From contig JAFRPL010000014.1 of the NCBI GenBank assembly GCA_017429165.1, positions 130,113-194,112 of the forward strand: a DNA stretch of 64,000 nt. The letters run 5' to 3'. Below, one piece after another: positions 45,127 through 53,033 of this stretch. The DNA comes from Clostridia bacterium. Lineage in GTDB: Bacteria; Bacillota; Clostridia; Oscillospirales; CAG-382. The notes below the pieces were generated by a model, which saw nothing but the letters and a program-made list of their open reading frames with translations, made no database searches and was not told the DNA's origin. How positions within the stretch are numbered: the first letter of the stretch is position 1; every line of letters begins with the position of its first letter. Made by a program: the position numbers and the translations under genes.

Positions 45127-45732
45127 ATGGAATCAACGGTAATCGAAGTCACGAGCAAAGGCGGCGGAATAAGCGAGGCGCTTTCGCTGACCGAAAAACT
45201 GGGTATCGAAAGCGGTATCCGCAAAAAATCCGTGATACATCTGCGGCTGCTCGCCGAAGAGCTGTTCGGCATGCTCCGCAGCATAGCCGGCGACGTAAGC
45301 GCGAACTACTGGATAGAATACAACGGGCCGGATTTTGAACTGCATCTGAAATCGACGGTGGAAATCACCGACAAAATGCGCGACCAGTTCATTTCAGCTT
45401 CCAGCAGCGGCAAAAACGACGCGGCCCGCGGAGTGATGGGCAAGATAAAGGTGATGATAGCGAACTTTATGTTTTCCGCCAGAGAAGCCCTGCCCTACAC
45501 GCTTATCAACACCCCCGCCTCCTATCATATGGGGGCGGCCGCGGGCGAGACGGCGGCTATGTGGTCCATGTCGCTTTACAAGGACGAGATCAAAAAGACC
45601 GGCGGCAAAAAATCCGCCGAAGCATGGGACGAACTTGAAAAATCCATTGTCGCAAATATCGCAGACGACGTGAAAGTGTGTATTCTGGGCGACACTGTGG
45701 AGATAATCATAAACAAAACATTCTGGCACTGA
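45127..45732 (+). CDS. Hypothetical protein; first gene of the partner-switching operon
   Basis: AAAGGAG RBS. 201 aa and soluble. The N-terminal segment IHLRLLAEELFGMLRSIAG vaguely resembles the N-terminal helix of RsbW-like ATPases, but there is no N/G1/G2 box. Confidence 0.6.
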   Translation: MESTVIEVTSKGGGISEALSLTEKLGIESGIRKKSVIHLRLLAEELFGMLRSIAGDVSANYWIEYNGPDFELHLKSTVEITDKMRDQFISASSSGKNDAARGVMGKIKVMIANFMFSAREALPYTLINTPASYHMGAAAGETAAMWSMSLYKDEIKKTGGKKSAEAWDELEKSIVANIADDVKVCILGDTVEIIINKTFWH

Positions 45733-45759
45733 TACAAATAACGGAAAGAGGGTAAAACA

Positions 45760-46056
45760 ATGACTATCAACAAACAGAAAAACGAAAACGGGCTTTTGAT
45801 ATCGCTCGAAGGAAGACTGGACACCACCACTTCCCCCGCGCTCGAACAGGAGCTTAAAGCATCGCTCGACGGCGTGGATTCGCTGGTGCTTGATTTTGAA
45901 AAACTCGACTACATATCTTCCGCCGGACTTCGCGTGCTGCTTTCGGCTCAGAAAACGATGAACAAGCAGGGCGAAATGAAGATAAAGAACGTAAACGAAA
46001 CGATACTCGAAATATTCGAAGTCACAGGTTTCAACGACATCCTCACCATAGAATAA
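45760..46056 (+). CDS. STAS-domain anti-sigma-factor antagonist (SpoIIAA/RsbV-like)
   Basis: 98 aa. Contains LDFEKLDYISSAGLRVLL with the conserved phosphorylatable Ser context. Confidence 0.85.
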   Translation: MTINKQKNENGLLISLEGRLDTTTSPALEQELKASLDGVDSLVLDFEKLDYISSAGLRVLLSAQKTMNKQGEMKIKNVNETILEIFEVTGFNDILTIE

Positions 46057-46102
46057 ACTTGTCGCCGGCATTTTGCCGGATCTGACGAAAGGAGCCGCAT
46101 AA

Positions 46103-47740
46103 ATGCAGGGTGACAAGAGCAGCATCTGGAGCAGGTTTCGCTCCGGGATGACTTTCAACATAATAGGCATGATCGTGCTTTTGCTCATAGTATTCGGCAT
46201 AATCGCCGGCGCCGTGGGGCTTGTGAACTTTACCCAGGCGTTCGAAAACGAATACGCCACCACGACCTACCATATGGCGGATACCGCCACCACGCTGATA
46301 AACGGCAGCCATATAGCGGACTATCTGGAAGGCAAGCGCACCATAGAATATATGCAGAGCAAATCGTATCTGGAAGCGTACTGCAAGCGCATAGGCGTTT
46401 CGCTGGTCTACGTCATAATAGTGGATACGAGCGACTACGGCAGGTTCGTTTCGGTATTCAACCACGTCGACAACACCGTGGGCAATACCAGTTACGTCGA
46501 ATGGGAGCTTGGGCACAAGCGCGACACCACCAACGACGAATACCGCGCAAAATATAAAGCGATCTACGAACAGCAATCCGCGTACGAGACCGTCTACCGC
46601 AACAACCCTTCCGACGGCAGCCTTCCGCACATCACCACTATGGTGCCGGTCAAGGATTCCGAAGGTGAAGTGACGGGCATACTCTGCATACAGCGCCCGA
46701 TGAGCGAGCTTATGGGAGCGCGCAGGCCGTACGTGATAGCGGTCGCCTTGGCGACGGTGCTGCTCGCCGCTTTCGTGGCGGTGTTCTACACGTTCTTTAT
46801 GAGACGTCAGTTCGTCAATCCCATTTCGAAAGTCGCTTCGGAAGCGTCGCGTTTTGCGCGCGAAAACACCAAAGGCGAACCGCTCGGCAAAGTCAGCCGC
46901 TTTAAAGAGATATCCGACCTTTCCGAATCCATAGACACCATGGAATCCGACATGGTTAACTATATGCAAGCCATCACCGCTTCGGCCGCCGAAAAAGAGC
47001 GTATCGGCTTTGAGCTTTCGCTCGCCAACACCATTCAGGTGAATTCAATACCCAACGTATTCCCGGCGTTCCCCGAGCGGACCGATTTTGACATTTATGC
47101 TTCCATGACTCCGGCAAAACAGGTGGGCGGCGACTTTTACAATTTCTTCTTCGTGGACGACGATCACCTTGCGATATCCATAGGCGACGTTTCCGGCAAG
47201 GGCATTCCCGCCGCGCTGTTTATGATGGTAACCAACATACTCGTCAGCGACAGGACCCGTATGGGCGGGACGCCGGGCGAGATACTCACTTTTGTCAATC
47301 ATAATATATGCGCGCACAACAAAGCGGATATGTTCGTGACTCTGTGGCTCGGCGTACTGGAGCTTTCCACCGGGACCCTGATCGCCTCAAACGCCGGGCA
47401 CGAATATCCGGTGATAATGCAGCCGGGCGGAAAATACGAAATATTCAAAGACAAACACTGTCTCGCCGTGGGAGCGATGGACAGCATAAAATACAAAGAT
47501 TACACGCTCAAGCTCGAACGCGGCGCCCGTCTCTTCATTTACACCGACGGCGTTCCCGAAACGACGGATCAAGACAACCGGATGTTCGGAATGGAGCGTA
47601 TGGTCGAAACGCTCAACTCCGCAGCGGATGCAGATCCCGAAAACGTGATAACCGGCATGCGCCATGCGGTTGAGCTCTTTGCAAACGGCACCGAACAGTT
47701 CGACGATCTTACGATGCTGTGCATCGAACTCAAAAAGTGA
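46103..47740 (+). CDS. Membrane sensor PP2C (SpoIIE-family) phosphatase with an extracytoplasmic Cache-like domain and HAMP
   Basis: Two TM segments flank a ~180-aa ectodomain. A HAMP-like linker follows. PP2C motifs are GGDFYNFF, IGDVSGKGIPAALFM and YTDGVPE. Confidence 0.85.
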   Translation: MQGDKSSIWSRFRSGMTFNIIGMIVLLLIVFGIIAGAVGLVNFTQAFENEYATTTYHMADTATTLINGSHIADYLEGKRTIEYMQSKSYLEAYCKRIGVSLVYVIIVDTSDYGRFVSVFNHVDNTVGNTSYVEWELGHKRDTTNDEYRAKYKAIYEQQSAYETVYRNNPSDGSLPHITTMVPVKDSEGEVTGILCIQRPMSELMGARRPYVIAVALATVLLAAFVAVFYTFFMRRQFVNPISKVASEASRFARENTKGEPLGKVSRFKEISDLSESIDTMESDMVNYMQAITASAAEKERIGFELSLANTIQVNSIPNVFPAFPERTDFDIYASMTPAKQVGGDFYNFFFVDDDHLAISIGDVSGKGIPAALFMMVTNILVSDRTRMGGTPGEILTFVNHNICAHNKADMFVTLWLGVLELSTGTLIASNAGHEYPVIMQPGGKYEIFKDKHCLAVGAMDSIKYKDYTLKLERGARLFIYTDGVPETTDQDNRMFGMERMVETLNSAADADPENVITGMRHAVELFANGTEQFDDLTMLCIELKK

Positions 47741-47770
47741 TATATTTCCTTATTGAACACGAGGTCCTTT

Positions 47771-49372
47771 ATGGCAGACAACAATAAAAACACGGTCGTT
47801 TACAGGCTTTGCGGAAAGATCGATTCCGGCAACGCGCCGCAGATCGAACAGGAGATCTTCACCGCGCTTGCCGGCAGGGGCGACGTATTGCCCGTACTGG
47901 ATGCCGAAGCGCTCGAATATATTTCGAGCGCGGGGCTGCGGATAATCCTGCGGCTGAAAAAGTCATGCGGCGACGTAAAAATCACAAACGCGAATTCCGA
48001 TATATACGAAATACTGGAAATGACCGGTTTTACCGAGATAATGCAGGTCGAAAAAGCGTACCGCAAAGTGTCGGTCGAAGGCTGCGATGTCGTCGGCGAG
48101 GGTCAGAACGGCAAAGTCTACCGCGTGGACCGCGACAACGTGGTGAAGGTGTATAAAAACGCCGACGCGCTGGAAGACATTAAGCACGAACGCGAAATGG
48201 CAAAACTGGCGCTGATACTGGGCATCCCCACCGCGATTTCGTACGACGTGGTCAAAGTGGGCGAAAGCTACGGTTCGATGTTTGAGCTTCTGGACGCGAG
48301 ATCTTTTTCAAACATACTCGCAAAGGAACCCGAACGGATAGACGAATGCGTATACGAATACGTGAAGATATTAAAGAAACTCCATTCCACGCACGTGCCC
48401 GAAGGCAAACTCCCCCGCTTAAAGGAACGCGTGGTCAAGGCGGCTTCGTATACTAAGGATCAGCTTCCGGAGGGCCTGGGCGACAAGCTTATGCGGATGA
48501 TAGAGGCGATACCCGAGACCGATACCCTGATCCACGGCGACTGCCACACCAAGAATATAGTGATGACGGGCGAAGAAGTCATGCTTATAGACATGGACAC
48601 GCTTTCGGTTGGCCACCCGATATTTGAATTTATGCGAATGTACAATTCGTATATAGGGTATTCGGAATACGACCCACAAGTGCTGGAAGATTTTCAGGGC
48701 TACCCCGCCGAGACGGCGCGCGTTTTCTGGAAAAAAACGCTGTGCGCGTATTTCGGCACGGATGACGAAGATGTGATAAATTCCATAGAAGAAAAGATCC
48801 GCTGCGTTTCGTACGCGTATCTTATCGACTGGTCCCGCCGTCACAAAGCGGCGGAAACCGAGCGCGGCCGTCTTACGTGCGAGCTTTGGAAAAAGCGCAT
48901 TACGGAACTGATACCGCGTCTGGATTCGCTCGACTTTGAAGTGAACGAAGCGACGCGAGACGATCCGAACGAGCTTACGCTGGAAGCCGAAAAAGACAAT
49001 CTGACCCGCGTGCTTGAATTCTTGGACCGGCGGCTTGAAAGCTGCGATTTGCCGCCCAAGGCGCAGATGCAGTTAGACCTTGCGGTGGAAGAGATATTCA
49101 TAAACATAGCGAGCTATGCATATTCCCCCAACAAAGGAAAAGCGACCGTCCGCGTGGAAGTCACGGGCGACCCCGTGACCGTGACGATAACGTTCATAGA
49201 CCGCGGCGTTCCTTACGACCCGCTCAAAAAGACCGATCCCGACGTGACGCTTTCGGCGGACGACCGCGAAATAGGCGGGCTCGGGATATTCCTCGCCAAA
49301 AAGATAATGGACGATATATCTTACGAATACAAAAACGGACAGAATATATTGCGGCTCAAAAAAAAGATTTGA
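47771..49372 (+). CDS. Triple fusion: STAS domain, APH/protein-kinase-like phosphotransferase domain, and RsbW/SpoIIAB-like HATPase domain
   Basis: STAS part: LDAEALEYISSAGLRIIL. Kinase-like part: GEGQNGKVYRV..VKVYK, HGDCHTKNIVM, LIDMDT. HATPase part: N box EEIFINIASYAY, G1 DRGVPYDP, G2 GGLGIFLAKK. Confidence 0.85.
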   Translation: MADNNKNTVVYRLCGKIDSGNAPQIEQEIFTALAGRGDVLPVLDAEALEYISSAGLRIILRLKKSCGDVKITNANSDIYEILEMTGFTEIMQVEKAYRKVSVEGCDVVGEGQNGKVYRVDRDNVVKVYKNADALEDIKHEREMAKLALILGIPTAISYDVVKVGESYGSMFELLDARSFSNILAKEPERIDECVYEYVKILKKLHSTHVPEGKLPRLKERVVKAASYTKDQLPEGLGDKLMRMIEAIPETDTLIHGDCHTKNIVMTGEEVMLIDMDTLSVGHPIFEFMRMYNSYIGYSEYDPQVLEDFQGYPAETARVFWKKTLCAYFGTDDEDVINSIEEKIRCVSYAYLIDWSRRHKAAETERGRLTCELWKKRITELIPRLDSLDFEVNEATRDDPNELTLEAEKDNLTRVLEFLDRRLESCDLPPKAQMQLDLAVEEIFINIASYAYSPNKGKATVRVEVTGDPVTVTITFIDRGVPYDPLKKTDPDVTLSADDREIGGLGIFLAKKIMDDISYEYKNGQNILRLKKKI

Positions 49373-49398
49373 ATCAAAAAAAGGAGCGTGAGAGTTCC

Positions 49399-50262
49399 GT
49401 GGAAAAGCGCTTGCGCAATATAGACCTGCATATGCACACGACGGTCTCCGACGGGACCGACACGCCCGAAATGCTGATTGGCGCGGTGAAAGCCGCCGGG
49501 ATAGAGGTTTTTTCCGCCACCGATCACGACGCGGTGAAGACCGGGCTCATTATCAGGTCGCTCCTCGAACCCGGCGACCCGGTATTCATTACGGGCGCCG
49601 AGTTTTCGTGCAAGGACGAGGAAGGCAAATATCACATACTCGGCTACGGGTTCGATCCGTCGGGCGCGCCGATGGCCGGACTCGTGAGGAAAGGCCACGC
49701 GCTGAGAATGAAAAAAGTCGCGGCGCGGATCGGCTTTATAAAGAGCGAATTCGGGTTCGAATTCCGTAAAGAAGATATCGACTCGCTGTTTGCGCTGGAC
49801 AACCCGGGAAAGCCGCACATAGCCAACCTTATGGTGAAATACGGCTACGCGACCGACAAGGATACGGCGATGCGCGAATACCTCAACCGCATGCGGTTCA
49901 GAAGCGAATACGTGCGCCCCGAGGAAGCGATATCCGCCGTCACCGCCGCGGGCGGGATCCCCGTGCTGGCGCATCCGTTTTACGGCAGCGGCGACGAACT
50001 CATATTGGGCGACGAGATGGAAGACCGTCTGCGCCGGCTCATGGAAATGGGGCTGCGCGGCGTGGAGGCGTTTTATTCCGGTTTTTCGGCGAAACTGCGC
50101 GAAAACATGCTTGCGCTTGCGCGGAAATACCGCCTTTACGTGACCGCCGGCAGCGACTATCATGGCTCAAACAAGCTCGTAACGCTCGGCGATACCGGCC
50201 TGCGCGACGCCGGAGAAATGCCCGAAGGGCTGATACGTTTTTTGAAAGACGCGGTAAAATGA
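49399..50262 (+). CDS. PHP-domain phosphoesterase
   Basis: Motif IDLHMHTTVSDGT...FSATDHD. AAAGGAG lies upstream of the GTG at 49399. The ORF is open from 49369. Confidence 0.75.
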   Translation: MEKRLRNIDLHMHTTVSDGTDTPEMLIGAVKAAGIEVFSATDHDAVKTGLIIRSLLEPGDPVFITGAEFSCKDEEGKYHILGYGFDPSGAPMAGLVRKGHALRMKKVAARIGFIKSEFGFEFRKEDIDSLFALDNPGKPHIANLMVKYGYATDKDTAMREYLNRMRFRSEYVRPEEAISAVTAAGGIPVLAHPFYGSGDELILGDEMEDRLRRLMEMGLRGVEAFYSGFSAKLRENMLALARKYRLYVTAGSDYHGSNKLVTLGDTGLRDAGEMPEGLIRFLKDAVK

Positions 50263-51473
50263 GAATAGAGTTTGATACGTTAGATAAAAAACCGCATTTA
50301 TATCTGCTGATACTGCCCGTCGTCATTGCGGCGGCCGCGGTTTTTCTGCTTGTGCGTTCGACGCCGGACGGTAATCCCGCCACGGTTTGCGCTGTGACTG
50401 TGTCGCTGTGCGCGGTCATTATTTTCGCGCTCGTGCGGGCGCTGATACGCCAGATACGGTATAATCCATACTCGTACAACACCATATACTACGCGGGCTT
50501 CGCGCTGTTTACGACGTTCGTGCTTTTCAATCACTTTTACCTGTTCTATATGCTCGCCAAATACTCGGGGCAGATCACTGCCGCGGACGTGCTGAGCATA
50601 TGGCTCAATTCGGCAAAGAACTATATGCTCATGACTTCGCCGTTTTTGCTCTTCTTTTCGACGGCGCTGTGCGTTGCGAATATCTCGCTGATACGGCACG
50701 AGGGCAAAAAGATTTCCAACCTTTTCGGCATACTGCTCTCATTCGTCATAGTGGCGGGCGGCGTTTTTATTTACCGGTACGATTATTACGCCACGGGCAG
50801 CGAATTCGAAGTGATGATGCACGACATTTTCATCAACACCGTCGCCGCGCTGTATCTGTATCTTGAATGCATGATAGCGGGCGTCATATTCGCCGGAGTG
50901 CTGGCGGCGCGCCACGAACCGAAAAAAGACAAGGATTTTATCATAATACTTGGGTGCGGACTCAGAAAAGACGGCACGCCCACGCCGCTTCTGCGCGGCA
51001 GGATCGACCGCGCGCTTGAATTTGCGCGCAGGCAGGAAGAGCAGACCGGCAAAGCTCCGTGTTTTGTGACTTCCGGCGGCAAAGGCGCGGACGAAGCGGT
51101 TTCCGAAAGCGCCGCGATGGCAGATTATCTGCTTGAAAACGGCGTGCCGGAAGAGCGTATAATCAGAGAGGACCGTTCGACCAGCACGTTTGAGAATATG
51201 AAGTTTTCAAAAGAGCTTATAGAAAGCTCCGGCGGCGGAAAGATCGCCTTTTCGACCACCAATTACCACGTTTTCCGCAGCGGGTTGTACGCGCGGCGCG
51301 TCAAAATGCGCGCAGTGGGTATGGGCGCAAAGACCAAGTGGTATTTCTGGCCGAACGCCGCCGTGCGCGAATTCGCGGGGCTGTTGAGCGCCCATCGCCT
51401 TAAACAGGCGATAATAATCGGCGCTATGATAGCCGTGTACGTGGCGCTGACGCTGCTCGCATATAATCCTTAA
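50259..51473 (+). CDS. Polytopic membrane protein with a C-terminal DUF218 (YdcF/SanA-like) domain
   Basis: ATGA overlap with the PHP gene. Five or more TM segments are followed by DFIIILGCGLRKDG...VTSGGKGADEAVSESAAMADYL...STSTFEN. Confidence 0.75.
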   Translation: MRIEFDTLDKKPHLYLLILPVVIAAAAVFLLVRSTPDGNPATVCAVTVSLCAVIIFALVRALIRQIRYNPYSYNTIYYAGFALFTTFVLFNHFYLFYMLAKYSGQITAADVLSIWLNSAKNYMLMTSPFLLFFSTALCVANISLIRHEGKKISNLFGILLSFVIVAGGVFIYRYDYYATGSEFEVMMHDIFINTVAALYLYLECMIAGVIFAGVLAARHEPKKDKDFIIILGCGLRKDGTPTPLLRGRIDRALEFARRQEEQTGKAPCFVTSGGKGADEAVSESAAMADYLLENGVPEERIIREDRSTSTFENMKFSKELIESSGGGKIAFSTTNYHVFRSGLYARRVKMRAVGMGAKTKWYFWPNAAVREFAGLLSAHRLKQAIIIGAMIAVYVALTLLAYNP

Positions 51474-51499
51474 CGCTTTTTGATTCCGGAGTGAGCTAT

Positions 51500-52159
51500 A
51501 TGAACGAAGTAAGCAGAAACGACATAAGGTACGATCCTTCCGGGTTCGTGCCGCTGGGGGATTTCGTCCCGCAGGCGATACAGGAGATACGTTATTACTC
51601 GACATACAATTTCATAGGCGACCGCATAGACGGCTACGAGCAGCCGTGCGCTCTGCTCACGGCGGAAGCGGCGCGCGCGCTGAAGAGCGCCGCCGGCGAG
51701 CTTGCGGTGCAGGGCTACCGCATAAAGGTCTTCGACGCGTACCGCCCCGCCTGCGCGGTCCGGCATTTTGTGCTATGGGGCATAGAAGACACCGACGTGC
51801 GTATGAAACCTTTCTTTTACCCAGGCCTTGAAAAACAGGAGCTGTTTGCAAAAGGATATATCGCAAAGCTTTCTTCGCACAGCCGCGGCAGCGCCGTGGA
51901 TCTTACGCTTTTGGATATGGCGACGGGCAAAGAGCTCGATATGGGCAGTCCGTTCGACTTTTTCGGCGAGATCTCACACCCTTCGTACACCGGAATAACG
52001 CCCGAACAGTACGAAAACCGAATGATACTGCAACGCGCGATGCTGCGCGCCGGCTTTGAGATACTCGACTGCGAATGGTGGCATTTCAAGCTGAAAAACG
52101 AGCCGTATCCCGACACCTATTTCGAATTCCCCGTCTCGGCCAATTATCTGCGCCGCTGA
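51500..52159 (+). CDS. M15 D-alanyl-D-alanine dipeptidase (VanX/DdpX-like)
   Basis: Motifs FDAYRP, SSHSRGSAVDLTL and EWWHF, which are the zinc and catalytic motifs of VanX-type dipeptidases. Confidence 0.85.
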   Translation: MNEVSRNDIRYDPSGFVPLGDFVPQAIQEIRYYSTYNFIGDRIDGYEQPCALLTAEAARALKSAAGELAVQGYRIKVFDAYRPACAVRHFVLWGIEDTDVRMKPFFYPGLEKQELFAKGYIAKLSSHSRGSAVDLTLLDMATGKELDMGSPFDFFGEISHPSYTGITPEQYENRMILQRAMLRAGFEILDCEWWHFKLKNEPYPDTYFEFPVSANYLRR

Positions 52160-52178
52160 CAGTTCAAGGAGGCGCGAT

Positions 52179-52982
52179 ATGGAGATAAGAACGGGAAAAG
52201 TGCGTACCGGGTCATTTTGCATGGATCACTTCTCTTTCGGAAGCGGCGGCAAACCGCTCGTCATCCTGCCAGGGCTGAGCGTTCAGCCGATAACGCCCGC
52301 GTCTCAGGCGGTCGCTCTCGCGTATTCCGTTTTTGCAAAAGATTTTACGGTATATCTGTTCGATCGTGTGAGCGATCCGCCCGCCGGATACACCGTGCGC
52401 GATATGGCGCGCGACACCGAAAACGCGATATCCTCGCTGGGACTTGACGAAATATACCTTTTCGGCGCGTCTCAGGGCGGGATGATTGCTCTGGAAATGG
52501 CCGCGGAACACAAAATCAACGTAAAAAAGCTCGCCGTTGCTTCCTCGGCGCTGCATACCGGCGACGCCGCGGCGGCGATAACGGAAAGCTGGATAAATAA
52601 AGCCCTTTCCGGCGACGCCGAAGGACTTTATTCGGAGTTCGGCAGAACGGTGTACACCGAAGACGTGTTTTTGCGTTACGTGGATACGCTTTCCGCCGCC
52701 GCAAAGACCGTAACGCGCGACGAGCTCGAACGGTTCGCGATCTTCGCTTCGGCGGTAAAGGGATATTTCTCGTCGGCGAACAGGAACAACGTCCGCTGCC
52801 CGCTGTTTGCAGTCGGTTCGGACGACGACGCGATCTTCGGCGCGGACAGCGTGAATGCATTTGACGCGGAATTCGGCGAAAACGCGTATTTTTCGTCGTT
52901 CCTATACCGCGGTTTCGGACACGCGGTCTACGACACCGCGCCGGATTTCAAAGAACGCCTTTACGGTTTTTTCATTTCATGA
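52179..52982 (+). CDS. Alpha/beta hydrolase
   Basis: Nucleophile elbow GASQGG. A late G-F-GH-AV histidine motif is present. Confidence 0.75.
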   Translation: MEIRTGKVRTGSFCMDHFSFGSGGKPLVILPGLSVQPITPASQAVALAYSVFAKDFTVYLFDRVSDPPAGYTVRDMARDTENAISSLGLDEIYLFGASQGGMIALEMAAEHKINVKKLAVASSALHTGDAAAAITESWINKALSGDAEGLYSEFGRTVYTEDVFLRYVDTLSAAAKTVTRDELERFAIFASAVKGYFSSANRNNVRCPLFAVGSDDDAIFGADSVNAFDAEFGENAYFSSFLYRGFGHAVYDTAPDFKERLYGFFIS

Positions 52983-52996
52983 CACAGTAAAAAAAG

Positions 52997-53028
52997 CGCC
53001 GCTTGCAAAAGCAAGCGGCGTTTATATT
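52997..53028. terminator. Bidirectional terminator
   Basis: Stem cgccgcttgc / gcaagcggcg, loop aaaa, with A/T runs on both sides. Confidence 0.85.
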
Positions 53029-53033
53029 ATTAC

